A stretch of DNA of 37,950 nt from Barthelona sp. PAP020 (GCA_040182905.1 JARQWU010000073.1:1-37950), one strand, 5' to 3'. Shown: positions 20,000-30,467, counted from the stretch's first letter. The notes: generated by a model not told the origin, from the letters alone. Numbers and translations: made by a program.

Positions 20000-22195
20000 A
20001 TGGAATTAATAGTGCCATTTGAACAAGAAATTGACATTCTAAAAGAAGTTAAGGCTTCCAACTTTGTTTCGAAGGATTTTATTGTATATGAAGATGGTTC
20101 AATTTATTTTGGAAGAATTGTTGATGGATATCGAGATGGAGTGGGATTTTGGTTGAGTCCAAACAATGATATGATATATTATGGTGATTGGAAAGAAGGA
20201 ATTAGAGAAGGATTTGGAATAATGTCAATTTCTGAGGGTGAATATGTGTATGAAGGATATTTTGAAGAAGATACAAGAAAAGGCTATGGGCATGAAATGT
20301 GTGATTTTAAAAATAATGATTCAAAAATGATTTATAGAGGTATTTTTTCAAATGATGACAAGAATGGCGCTGGCTATCTTGAAGTTCATCCAAAACAATT
20401 GCCTTATTATGAAACATATGATGGAAAATTTGTGAATGGTGTTAGGTCTGGTTTTGGGCGACAATCTTTTATTTTTGAGGATCATACTCAAAATATATTC
20501 TACGGGCACTTTTTGAATAATTTAAGAAATGGATCTGGGGTGTTGTATTTCAATGATGGTGGATTCTTTGTTGGAACTTGGTTGAATGATTTGAAAGAGG
20601 GAAGATGCACAAATTATTTATCTGATGGTACTGTTGTTACTCAGTTGTGGAAGAAGGATCTTCCTAGCACAAGTGTATCTGATGATCAAAGAATGTTCAA
20701 ATTCGATCTCAGTAATATAAATGGAATGAAAGACTATTTAAAGGAAGAAATCGACATGATTTTGAAAAGCCATTTGTTGAAGTTAGTCAATTGGTTCAAC
20801 ACATATTCTGAATTGAAGGCCGTTGGTCCATTGAAGAAGGCCCATATTGAGGCAATCAAGACGACTGTTCAAAAGATGTATGACTCTTTTCAACAGTTCA
20901 ACGATGATTTGGAGGTACTTTCTGTTGTATCGGATATGGAAACTGCAAGAACTGGGATAGTCTCTGAATCAGAATATGGATCTTTTGTTGATTCAACAAA
21001 GATTAATTCAGGTGTCAACACATATGATGAAAATGGTAACACTATTTCTGAATCAAATATTGAATCTAAAACTGAAGCTGACAATGAAAACAACATTTTT
21101 GATGACACTTCAGAAGTTGCAGAGTTTGAAAGCGCTTTTGTCACATATCCCATGCGTATTCATTCTGAAGGGACAACTCAAGGAACCATTTCTTTTCATA
21201 GATTATTACTTCTGTTTATCGAAACTGGTATTCATGCTTTACTTCCAGAAGGTGTTTGTACAATTGTTAAAGAACTTTATTCAATGGATTTGGGCTGTTT
21301 CCAAATTTCAAAAATTCTGAGACAACCACCTAAGTTGATGATTGATTCTGAAATCCGTTTCTTTGAATTTTTATTTCTTCTTATCAAGTTATCTTTTTAT
21401 GTTTCAAGACATCTTCATCCATTGACGTTGTCAAAGCAACTATTATTTTTGTTTTCATTGCTGTTTCCTAATTGTCCAACTGGAACTATGGAAAAGAGAG
21501 CTGAAACTATGAATAAAGAATTAGCTACACATGTTGAAGCTATTTTAAGACTGAATGGAGAAGTTGGTATGGTTTTCACTCAAAAATTAGATGTACCTTT
21601 ATTTGATGAGCTTTTTAATGCACATGGTGAAGAAATTTCTGAATTTTACAGTTCATTATCACTAAAAACATCAAGAAACGATATTAAACACACAAATGTA
21701 TCCAAATATGATGTCTATCCTACTCTTATGGACTGTTTTGCGTTATTCAATGAAGTTGGATTGTTTGAAGATGTAAAAGGTGTTCCTCATGTTGGTTATA
21801 ATGAGTTGTTTCACACATTAAATGTAAGTTCAAACTACCTGTACAAATGTGTGTCCATTTTTGAATTTGTTTTTCTATTGGTTTCTATTTCTACTCAGTT
21901 GTTCAAAAATTCAAATCCGTACAAGTTTTCAACGTATGAACAGTGTTATATAGTCTTGCAGGTAGTTTTTGGAAAAGAACAATCAAACATTCTAACTGAA
22001 CTCAGATTAAATCCCACTAAAATTAAGCAGTTGAAAGATGAAGCAGCTTCCAGTATTCAAGGTGGTTGGAGAGTATATCAAGCAAAATTGAAATTCCAAG
22101 AATATAAAATTGAAAGAGAAAAACATTTGTTGGAGCAAGCAAGGGCAAAATCTTCAAAAGGCAAAAATAAAAGCAAAAAGGGAAAGAAAAAATAA
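20000..22195 (+). CDS. MORN-repeat protein, radial spoke head RSPH10B-like
   Basis: About seven N-terminal YxGxWxxGxRxGxG repeats, then a helical region with EIRFFEFLFLLIKLS and SIFEFVFLL, and a Lys-rich tail. Confidence 0.8.
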   Translation: MELIVPFEQEIDILKEVKASNFVSKDFIVYEDGSIYFGRIVDGYRDGVGFWLSPNNDMIYYGDWKEGIREGFGIMSISEGEYVYEGYFEEDTRKGYGHEMCDFKNNDSKMIYRGIFSNDDKNGAGYLEVHPKQLPYYETYDGKFVNGVRSGFGRQSFIFEDHTQNIFYGHFLNNLRNGSGVLYFNDGGFFVGTWLNDLKEGRCTNYLSDGTVVTQLWKKDLPSTSVSDDQRMFKFDLSNINGMKDYLKEEIDMILKSHLLKLVNWFNTYSELKAVGPLKKAHIEAIKTTVQKMYDSFQQFNDDLEVLSVVSDMETARTGIVSESEYGSFVDSTKINSGVNTYDENGNTISESNIESKTEADNENNIFDDTSEVAEFESAFVTYPMRIHSEGTTQGTISFHRLLLLFIETGIHALLPEGVCTIVKELYSMDLGCFQISKILRQPPKLMIDSEIRFFEFLFLLIKLSFYVSRHLHPLTLSKQLLFLFSLLFPNCPTGTMEKRAETMNKELATHVEAILRLNGEVGMVFTQKLDVPLFDELFNAHGEEISEFYSSLSLKTSRNDIKHTNVSKYDVYPTLMDCFALFNEVGLFEDVKGVPHVGYNELFHTLNVSSNYLYKCVSIFEFVFLLVSISTQLFKNSNPYKFSTYEQCYIVLQVVFGKEQSNILTELRLNPTKIKQLKDEAASSIQGGWRVYQAKLKFQEYKIEREKHLLEQARAKSSKGKNKSKKGKKK

Positions 22196-22380
22196 CGAAT
22201 TTGAAAAAAAAATTGAAAAAAGAAAAATGATGTGAATGCTGTTCATTTGCAACTTTTTTGTTTTTTTCTTTGCTGTTTATTTAACATTTGTTGAGTATTT
22301 GATATTATTCAGTGGTTTTACAGTGGTTAATCTTTTTTTTTGTAAAAATTTTGTAAAAGTGTTTTATTATTTTGTTGTCA

Positions 22381-22491
22381 TTTATTGGTCCAGTTGTGAA
22401 ACAACTATATTTATTCACAAAGAAAGTAAACTCAGAAAACTCATTCAAGCAAATTTCAGTCATAATCCCAGGAGGGGAATTGAAAGACTGA
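22381..22491 (+). mobile_element. Possible hAT transposase remnant
   Basis: The frame FIGPVVKQLYLFTKKVNSENSFKQISVIIP resembles the hAT block LKPFxxxTxxLSSExxxTISxVIP. It is flanked by stops and has no start codon. Confidence 0.22.
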
Positions 22492-22843
22492 AATGTAATT
22501 GGAACGATCAAGTATGAAAAATTTTGAAAAATTTTCCATTCCCACTCTTTTGTATTTTTGCAAAAGCAAAATTTTAAAGTTTGAACTTTACCTTAGAAAA
22601 TCTAAAGTTTTTCAACAGATCAATCGGGCCTCGAAAGCCTTTAACCAAATAAACACTATTCTTTTTTATTCACACATACGCACAGTGCTTCTTGGCTTGG
22701 AAATAATTTGATTTATTTATTTTTTTTTTTCAAATTTGAAAATACTGCTGGGCAGTTTTAATCTGGAAAATTTTGTTGAGAAAAGAAAGAAAAAAAAAAC
22801 AAATATTGATGAAAAAGTTGATTTATAAATTTATAGAAGTCAA

Positions 22844-23680
22844 TCAATCCCAATCTTCTTCTTCCGAATCAATATAATTTGGTCCTGTTTGATTAACCAT
22901 TGTTTCTGGATTAAAAATTTGTAAACACTCATTCAAATATTTCCCTTGATCAATTTGAGAGCATATGGTGAGAATTCCACATTCTTCATAAAGTTTCTTC
23001 AAATAATTATAATCTAAAGCAGTTTTGAAAATCCATTCAATAGTTTTATACCTAATATCGTCAGAAAAATTCTTGAGTTCTAACACAATCATTCTGAAAA
23101 TGTCCATTTTACAAATTTCATCAGAATGATCTTCACTTTGCAATAATATCAAGAAATCAAGAATTAATTCAGCAATTGCAACCTCTTTACCATATCTTAA
23201 ATAGTTCTTTAATACAGATGAAATTTCAAGATGATAATTGAAAATGAAAATCTCATTCAAAAAATTCTTTTCAATTAAAACAATAAGCATATTAATTAAA
23301 TAGGTCACAGCTATGTTAGATTCAGTGGACCACGTTATTTGTTCAAATAAAATTCTGGTGAACAAAGGAAAAGAAAATTCCATTGCAATTTCATCATAAT
23401 CACTATCTTTAAGTAACCCTATTACTTCTTCAAATGTTTGTTCAGTAATATCGGCTATAGAACTAAAATAACTAAAAGGTTTGGTAAAATATGAATTTAA
23501 TTCGGTTTCATCCAATTGAAATGAATTAACAGGCTTTATTAATCTTTCATCATCATTTTCATCATTTGTAAATGGAGCAATTGCTTCAACATTATCTGAA
23601 GTTTTCGTATCCATTTTTAATGGTTCATTCCCTTTTTCAACTTGTTCTTCAACAACATCTGAGCTAGACCCACAACCCAT
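22844..23680 (-). CDS. Hypothetical protein with an N-terminal dual-acylation motif and an ARM-like helical region
   Basis: ATG 23680 gives MGCGSSS (Gly2 myristoylation, Cys3 palmitoylation, Ser6), followed by Leu/Ile-rich helices. Confidence 0.8.
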   Translation of the reverse strand: MGCGSSSDVVEEQVEKGNEPLKMDTKTSDNVEAIAPFTNDENDDERLIKPVNSFQLDETELNSYFTKPFSYFSSIADITEQTFEEVIGLLKDSDYDEIAMEFSFPLFTRILFEQITWSTESNIAVTYLINMLIVLIEKNFLNEIFIFNYHLEISSVLKNYLRYGKEVAIAELILDFLILLQSEDHSDEICKMDIFRMIVLELKNFSDDIRYKTIEWIFKTALDYNYLKKLYEECGILTICSQIDQGKYLNECLQIFNPETMVNQTGPNYIDSEEEDWD

Positions 23681-23799
23681 TAAACTCAAACAAAATATCT
23701 ATTATAAATAGACCAAAAAAAAATTGTCTTTTTTCCTTTTGATTTCTGACTCCATTTTGTTAAAAATAGAAACATGTTGTTAAATAAATAAAAAATTAA

Positions 23800-24987
23800 C
23801 TATTTATCAAATTGCAATTTCCAACTCATCAAAGCATGTTCAACAATTCCAAATGTTGGATCCATTTTTGCAATAACAACTTTTGGCTTGGGTAATAAAT
23901 AGTTACAAAATGAAATCCCACTTAACGAATAACATGTGTGATAAGTATCAACAGCAGATGGGGGATGATCTCTGAAACCACCATGTTCCGATTGACACAC
24001 TTTTATCAAAAATTCCATTAATATTAATGGATTGTAAGATGTTTGAACATCAAATAATTGCCGCAAAATTCCGTCTGAACAACCAAGCCAATGAGAATAA
24101 CACGAATCGACAAGCTTGTGAGCTCTTCCACTAAACCCCCAACAATCATACATTTGTCTTCTATTAATAAATCTACAACACTTCAGATACTTTTTTTCAG
24201 GATTAATGTTCAAATTATCACACAATATTTTCACACAACCAAGACCACAATAAGTGTAAGCACCATGAACCTCACCAATACCCTTAAGAAAAGGTCTGAA
24301 ACCTCCTGAACTACTGTCAAAACACCCATTCACAAATCGAGATGTGTCTTCAATGATGGTTTCATCAATTAGATTTAACAAATCCAATGAAGCTAAAGCA
24401 CAAAATGTAGTGCGAATATCTTCTTCACCGTCTTTTTCAGCTCTAAAACCTCCATTTTCAGTTTTCATTGATAAAATTTTGGAATAAAATTTTTTCAAAT
24501 CAATACGATCTAACAGACATTCATCAGCAAAGGAATCTAATTCAACTATTGAACAAACGGCTGCAAATGTAGCTGCCATGTGAAATTCAAATTCTTTTCC
24601 CCCACCAAATCCTCCATCGTCTAATTGACACTCAAAAATTTTTTCAACCAACCCAGGAATCAATTCATTGAATAATTCCAATTGACGATCACTTATATGT
24701 GCATATAATAATTGAATTGTTGTGATGCAATGAAATATGTTCCAAGGAACTAAATGTCCAACAAATCTTGCCTGACCAAAAGTCCTTAAACGTTTTAAAA
24801 CATAAAAAATATGTTCCTTAGGAGTAAATTCAATACTTTCATCCTTTAATTTCTCATTAACTGCCTCAAACATTCGCCTTTCATCAATAACAGTTTTTTG
24901 TGAAGTCGACTGCGAAATATCTGGAAAAATACCTTCAGCTTCAAGTATAAATCGATCAACAGAGAATTGTACCAATTCTTCGTCCAT
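23800..24987 (-). CDS. FNTB: Protein farnesyltransferase beta subunit
   Basis: Prenyltransferase repeats GGFGGG..HMAATFAAV, GEEDIRTTFCA, EVHGAYTYCG, GFSGRAHKLVDSCYSHW (Zn ligands D, C) and DTYHTCYSLSG (Zn ligand H). Confidence 0.88.
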   Translation of the reverse strand: MDEELVQFSVDRFILEAEGIFPDISQSTSQKTVIDERRMFEAVNEKLKDESIEFTPKEHIFYVLKRLRTFGQARFVGHLVPWNIFHCITTIQLLYAHISDRQLELFNELIPGLVEKIFECQLDDGGFGGGKEFEFHMAATFAAVCSIVELDSFADECLLDRIDLKKFYSKILSMKTENGGFRAEKDGEEDIRTTFCALASLDLLNLIDETIIEDTSRFVNGCFDSSSGGFRPFLKGIGEVHGAYTYCGLGCVKILCDNLNINPEKKYLKCCRFINRRQMYDCWGFSGRAHKLVDSCYSHWLGCSDGILRQLFDVQTSYNPLILMEFLIKVCQSEHGGFRDHPPSAVDTYHTCYSLSGISFCNYLLPKPKVVIAKMDPTFGIVEHALMSWKLQFDK

Positions 24988-25035
24988 AACAAAAGTTGGT
25001 TTTTTTTTTTTCAATTTAATTTTTATTATTTATTC

Positions 25036-25710
25036 ATGGAAGATATTAATTTAGCTTTGGTTGGAGAAGGATTAATCGAAATATCACCTGATTTATGTCG
25101 TTCCACAACTGGAAGAGTTAAAACTCTTGATTTGACTCATAATTCCATTGTTGAAATTTCTAACTTGTCTCAATTTCCTTATTTAACAAGTTTAATTTTA
25201 AATTCCAACAAAATAAATGGTTCTGGCAATTTTGGCTATTGTGAATCACTATCTACTTTAATGCTTATGGATAATGAAATTGGTAGTGAACATTTCGAAT
25301 CATTTATCAACAGTATCCAACAAAACTTCCCATCTTTATCATATTTGTCATTAATTAAGAATCCTTGTTGTCCAGCACTTTTTACTCCATCTGATGCTGA
25401 AGAAGGTGCTAGATATCATAAATATAGAATGTATATCATTAATAGATTGCCTAATTTACAATTTTTGGATTCAAGTCCTGTTAGTCCAAAAGAAAGACAA
25501 GAAGCCAGAACAAAGGGTCCATTAATTAAAGTTGAAATGATTATTGGAAGCAATCAACGAACTGTAGTCAATAGTAAATCAATTGTACAACAAAATACGG
25601 ATAATGCTACCTCTCAAATTCAAAGTCAAACTATATTTGGACGTTTTAAATACGAATATATTGGTAAGGATTCAGAGGGTAATAGATATATTGTAAATGA
25701 TATGCTTTGA
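25036..25710 (+). CDS. Leucine-rich repeat protein, LRMDA/C10orf11-like
   Basis: SDS22-like LRRs, the LRR cap YRMYIINRLPNLQFLDSSPV and the characteristic C-terminus YEYIGKDSEGNRYIVNDML. Confidence 0.85.
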   Translation: MEDINLALVGEGLIEISPDLCRSTTGRVKTLDLTHNSIVEISNLSQFPYLTSLILNSNKINGSGNFGYCESLSTLMLMDNEIGSEHFESFINSIQQNFPSLSYLSLIKNPCCPALFTPSDAEEGARYHKYRMYIINRLPNLQFLDSSPVSPKERQEARTKGPLIKVEMIIGSNQRTVVNSKSIVQQNTDNATSQIQSQTIFGRFKYEYIGKDSEGNRYIVNDML

Positions 25711-25893
25711 TTCATTTATATTTTTTTTTTCATTGATTTATCGAAATGCTTTGAATTTTTCTTCTAAATTCTTCAGAAAATAAAAAAAGGAATTGTAATA
25801 CAATTGATTTATTGATTAAAAATTACTAAAGAGATGAACACAATGGACAAATTTGTGTAAACTCATATATTAATATAAAAACACTTAATATTA

Positions 25894-26177
25894 TTATTTT
25901 AAAGGTCTTCTGAATAAAAGAATGTGGGGTTCGGGAGCATATATCATATAGTGTTCCCAACCAGGTGATTGTCTGACACCCAAGGCTCTCCATTCATGTT
26001 CATTCAATAAACGATTTTTGGGTAAACGTTTGTAAGCATCTTTTGTCAAAACAACATGTCTAATAGTTAGAAAATCAAACGAAAATGTGAGAAGCAATAC
26101 CTGTACTCATAAGTGTCATCATAGAACTTATCTCCGTATCTTACAACTACAGAATCAACGTTACGACGATAGGACAT
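25894..26177 (-). CDS. CKS1: Cyclin-dependent kinase regulatory subunit Cks1 (two exons)
   Basis: Exons 26177-26101 and 26059-25894 give [65 protein letters not shown]. Confidence 0.96.
26060..26100 (-). other. Spliceosomal intron, 41 nt (CKS1)
   Basis: GTATTG...CTAACTATTAG on the minus strand; removing it rejoins the conserved YEYRHV motif. Confidence 0.95.
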
Positions 26178-26213
26178 AATAAATGATTTTTGGAAGAGAA
26201 TCCTCTAAACCAT

Positions 26214-26221
26214 TTTGGCGG
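26214..26221. promoter_or_regulatory. E2F-consensus-like element upstream of CKS1
   Basis: TTTGGCGG matches TTTSSCGS, 37 nt upstream of the CKS1 ATG, in a genome where such GC words are rare. Confidence 0.3.
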
Positions 26222-26546
26222 TTTTTTTTTTTTTCTCAAGAATCTCAGTTTGGTTTTTGCCCTTTTGTTCTCATAAAAATGATGTGATATGTCTTGAATT
26301 ATTTAAAAAAAAATGAAGGAATGATAATATTACATTTGTTCTTTTGTTTCTTGAAAGAATGACATCTAAAGTGTCTATGATAATATTTTCAAATGTTTAA
26401 AATGAATGTTTGACGAAGAATTTTTTTCTTTTTGGTGAAAATTTTTATTTCAATTTTTATCTGTGATCTATTTTGTATGCGGAAAATAAAAATAATTGTA
26501 CTCCTTTTTTTTTTAAAAAGGGAGTAAATTTCTTTTTTTTTGAATT

Positions 26547-28919
26547 ATGTTCAGATTTTTATCACGAAAAAAGTCCAAAAAAGATAATGAGAATGTTTTG
26601 ATTGAATTCGAAGGGAAATTATATCAATATATCTCAAAACAATTTTCTCAGATTTTTCCTCGTTGTAAGATTCAAATTATTCAAGACCCCACGAAAAATT
26701 ATGGATATTTATTAAAAATAGATAGGATTTATGACCCTGTTGAAAAAGAATATGCAGAAAAATCGAATGATTCTTTCATTACTGAATTTTCTTTCACTAT
26801 TAGTGAAAGTTCATCATATGGTTTGGCATACATAATTGATTTTATTAAAGGTATTCGGTTTATTGGATTTGTGGAGGGATCTCGCAAAATTTTTGCGATT
26901 TCTGTTGAAAATGAAGCTGAATTTTTGAATTTTAGAAGATTGATTTGTCGTTGCATTGAAAGTTCGATTCAAGAAAAGAGGTTAGAAGAGATTGGAGATA
27001 ATTGCTTGCAACATTGTCCTGAGACAATTGATTCAACACCTAATCGTCAAATAATCAGTTCTTTGGACAAAAAGTTTGAAGAATTGACTGTTTCGAAAGA
27101 TTTACATGTTGATAATGAACCTCAAACTGAGAGTTTTTCAAGTTTGTATCCAACTGCATATGACATTGAAGAAAGTGAACTGAAAGTTATAAAAAAAGAA
27201 GATTCAAGTGTGGTTGAAGAACAAGAATCTGATGCAGCACAAACGACATTAAGTACTGAAGAAGTTCGAAAATTCACGGATGATCTTTTAGATTGGGTAA
27301 TGAACGATCTTCCTAGCAATCCTTCCTTCAGTGCTGAAGTAAATCTTTACACAATGACGCCAGACAATGAAAAATATTTGTATAGTGATCGTTGTACTGT
27401 TGTTTTACCTGAAATAAAACTTGGTAAGCCATTTCAATTGTTTGTAACAGAAGGAACTATTGTAATATTTGATATTTTTATTGAAAGAAAGAATGAAATC
27501 AATTTTGTTCAAGATGGAGGGGTTTCATGGGTTCAAATATCATTATTTTCCAAAGAAGTTGAAGAAAATTATGTAAGAATGAATATTGAGTTTAAAAACA
27601 AAGCATTATTTGAAGAATTTGCTGAATTATACGCAACAAGTTTATGTGAAAGAAAAAATGACATTGGTTTCGTCAAAGCGTCTTTTCTTCCCAAACCCGA
27701 AAATTTTGATGAAAATTTTAATTGTATTGCATATGAAGATGAATTCAAGGATAGTGATTGCGATGAATATATGTATGAAGAAGAACTTGAGAATAAACTT
27801 CCAAATAAGTTTACTTCAGATGAAGAAATGACGCATATAATAAAAGAAAGATTGAATCAAAGATTGAAAGTGTTGGATAATGTTAATAGAGTTGGTAGAA
27901 ACAAGACAGATTATATCACTTTAAATACTTGTATGACTGATGCAAATACTGATAAGACTTTCGTATTTGATGATAACAAGGTGTCCATTTTTGAATTGTC
28001 AGATAATCCTTCAATAATCAACACTAGCAGAATGAACAAAAAACCTATAGATGTCTTATTATCAAATCAAGAAACCAAGGCAATCTATCTTGATTCAAAG
28101 AAGAATCTTTTTTCCTATGACATTGAACAAGAAATGACAACTGGTTTGGCAAGAGGTAAAATTGCTGTTGATGGCATTGTGCACACTGCTAAATATGATC
28201 AAAAGTATGATGTTGATGAGTTTTATGGTTTTTATCAAAGGGGAATGTTAATGTTCGACAAACGTGTTGACTCGGGTGTTGTTGATGAACAAACATATTC
28301 GAGTAACGCCAAAATTATTTGTATGGCAGTTTCTAAAACAGGTTTGATAGCTACAGGTTCAAGTGATGGTACATTGAGACTTTTTAGTGAGTTTGGCAAA
28401 AGGGCAAAGTCTCTTTATCCTGGTTTAGGAAGTCCCATCATCGGTTTGGATATCAGTTCGGACTGCAGAAAAATTATCGCCACAACCCCAACCTATTTAT
28501 TGTTGTTCACACCCATATTTTTAAACAAGGGGAAAATTACAACTGGTTTTGAATGTAGAATGAGTGATGCAAATAAGCAACCTGCGATTAAGTTACAATT
28601 GACATCAAATGATCTAACACGTTTGGGAGATAGGTGTTTGTTTACACCAGCAAAATTCAATAGCGGTGATGGGAAAGAGACTTGTATTGTTACATCTACT
28701 GGAACTTGTGTAGTTTCTTGGAATGTACGTCATATCTTTTCTGAGGAAAGAAATCGTCAAGTGCAAAATGGTGAACGTGATTACACAATTAGTAACACAA
28801 GATATTTTGTTGAAGATGGTCAATTTGTTTACAATAATGCAGGAAGAATTGTTTGTTTAACAAATGACAAGAAAGAAACAAATATTTTCATTCAAAAACG
28901 AGTTCCTCCAACTGAATGA
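26547..28919 (+). CDS. VID27: Vacuolar import and degradation protein Vid27-like (PH-like domains plus WD40)
   Basis: ATGSSDGTLRLF..GKRAKSLYPGLGSPIIGLDISSD..IIATTPTYLLL, FTPAKFN and ETCIVTSTG..VVSWN match the Vid27/CYPRO4 C-terminus. Confidence 0.88.
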   Translation: MFRFLSRKKSKKDNENVLIEFEGKLYQYISKQFSQIFPRCKIQIIQDPTKNYGYLLKIDRIYDPVEKEYAEKSNDSFITEFSFTISESSSYGLAYIIDFIKGIRFIGFVEGSRKIFAISVENEAEFLNFRRLICRCIESSIQEKRLEEIGDNCLQHCPETIDSTPNRQIISSLDKKFEELTVSKDLHVDNEPQTESFSSLYPTAYDIEESELKVIKKEDSSVVEEQESDAAQTTLSTEEVRKFTDDLLDWVMNDLPSNPSFSAEVNLYTMTPDNEKYLYSDRCTVVLPEIKLGKPFQLFVTEGTIVIFDIFIERKNEINFVQDGGVSWVQISLFSKEVEENYVRMNIEFKNKALFEEFAELYATSLCERKNDIGFVKASFLPKPENFDENFNCIAYEDEFKDSDCDEYMYEEELENKLPNKFTSDEEMTHIIKERLNQRLKVLDNVNRVGRNKTDYITLNTCMTDANTDKTFVFDDNKVSIFELSDNPSIINTSRMNKKPIDVLLSNQETKAIYLDSKKNLFSYDIEQEMTTGLARGKIAVDGIVHTAKYDQKYDVDEFYGFYQRGMLMFDKRVDSGVVDEQTYSSNAKIICMAVSKTGLIATGSSDGTLRLFSEFGKRAKSLYPGLGSPIIGLDISSDCRKIIATTPTYLLLFTPIFLNKGKITTGFECRMSDANKQPAIKLQLTSNDLTRLGDRCLFTPAKFNSGDGKETCIVTSTGTCVVSWNVRHIFSEERNRQVQNGERDYTISNTRYFVEDGQFVYNNAGRIVCLTNDKKETNIFIQKRVPPTE

Positions 28920-28969
28920 TGTAAATATATGAATAAATTTTTTTCTTCCTTTTGTATTTTTTTATCGGT

Positions 28970-29440
28970 AAACTTCATGTGTTGTTTGATTTATGGGAAG
29001 ATTTGTCAGGAAAAATTTGTGCACACTCATGAATTTTTGGGCATTCAAAGAGATTTGTTTGTTTTTTAAATTCTTTGTATTCTCTTTTGTTTACAATATT
29101 AGGAAACTTTCAATTACAAAAATTCAAAAAGTTAGCAGTTGAGTAAACCGACATCCATATCATGTTTTGTTTGTATCATTTTTATTAAGTATTTGATGTG
29201 TCAATAACGCTAAACATGAAAGTAAACCTACTATTTAGATCAGGTTAAAGTCATTTAATAATGAAAAAAGGGTTGAAAAACAAACTTTGACTTGATTAAA
29301 ACAATTTGATTCTGCTTGAATGGGATTTCGAGAAACAATAAACAATAAAAACTTGCATTTATTTATTAACTCTTCATTATGAGGATTAAGTTTCAAATTT
29401 AATGTTGACTGGCAATCAAAGAATAAATCCACTGCTTTCT
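28970..29440 (+). mobile_element. Decayed hAT-superfamily transposase relic
   Basis: A single frame carries LHVLFDLWEDLSGK (first catalytic Asp, DxWxD motif) and KKLAVE*TDIHIMFCLYH (CxxH motif) in the correct order, with stops at 29030, 29144 and 29186. Confidence 0.5.
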
Positions 29441-29559
29441 TTTTTTTTTTTCCTTGAATTCATTCATTTTTTGATAATTTTAAAGAGTTCTAAATGAATT
29501 TACACCAAAAAAAATTGGTAAAATTAGAAAAAATTCATCTGTTTGAATTCCAAAAAAAA

Positions 29560-29970
29560 GATGAAAAAATATTGTGGTGTATAATCAACAATTTGAACTT
29601 TATCAATAAAAATAATGGTTATACTCTTTCTTATGCAATAATTTGCGGATTTTCTTTCTTTTTTGTGACTGTAGATAGTTAAACACAAAGTTTGATTGTT
29701 ATTTTTGCTAAAGGTGAGAATAAAGTGGTTTTTGCAGGACTTCAGGCAAATTTTTTCTTTGAGAAACAGTTCTGCACTCCATTTCCACACAATCAACTGA
29801 TCACAAGAAACAACTTTGCTGTTAAAAAATCATAATCTATGAAGAAAAGAATATCGATATGGTTCTAAAGCGCTTCATTACGAATGTTTGAAAAGTTTTT
29901 GAAAGACATTTTATGGTGTAAACAAACAATAGCTCCTTTTAATACAAATATTCTGAGTCAATAATCTTCC
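29560..29970 (-). mobile_element. Possible decayed Harbinger/ISL2EU-like (DDE_Tnp_4) transposase relic
   Basis: SVDCVEMECRTVSQRKNLPEVLQKPLYSH (29800-29714) resembles IDCTExxxxRP...QxxxYS. A neighbouring frame has IYSHKKERKS...IIFIDKVQIV. Multiple stops. Confidence 0.3.
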
Positions 29971-30240
29971 TTGATTAGCAGGTGAATTAGCCTCATCAGA
30001 AATTCTATCAAGTAAAGCATTGTCAAATAATGAAATATCGCTTTGAGTACCAGTGTCTGTTTCATTAAAATCACTAATTTCGGAATTATAATGAATATTC
30101 TCAGGTTGAATATCATTTTCATTGTCTATTTCCGGACTGGTTATAGAATTTAATGATAATGCAACAAAAAGCTCTTCATTCATTTCTAGCCTTTCAAAAG
30201 GTACATCTAAGTCAATTTCATCCAATTGACCAACCGTCAT
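29911..30240 (-). CDS. Short acidic hypothetical ORF, possibly the N-terminal part of the adjacent decayed element
   Basis: 109 codons with an ATG, Asp/Glu-rich; its 3' end overlaps the start of the putative transposase frame. Confidence 0.4.
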   Translation of the reverse strand: MTVGQLDEIDLDVPFERLEMNEELFVALSLNSITSPEIDNENDIQPENIHYNSEISDFNETDTGTQSDISLFDNALLDRISDEANSPANQGRLLTQNICIKRSYCLFTP

Positions 30241-30467
30241 TATTTTGCAATTTACTAATGTATGTTTGAAAGAAAGTTAGTACAAGTCTGTATTTTCTTG
30301 AAAATTATCTTATAAAAAATTTCGACACTTCAACAACAAAACAAAACCAAAAACTTTTATTATTTTGAAAGTTTCACTGACAATTTCTTTCTTATAAAAA
30401 AAAAAAGAATAAATGATGTTAAATAAGAAGGCAATCCGTAATTTTTTAAATTTTGATAATATTTATT

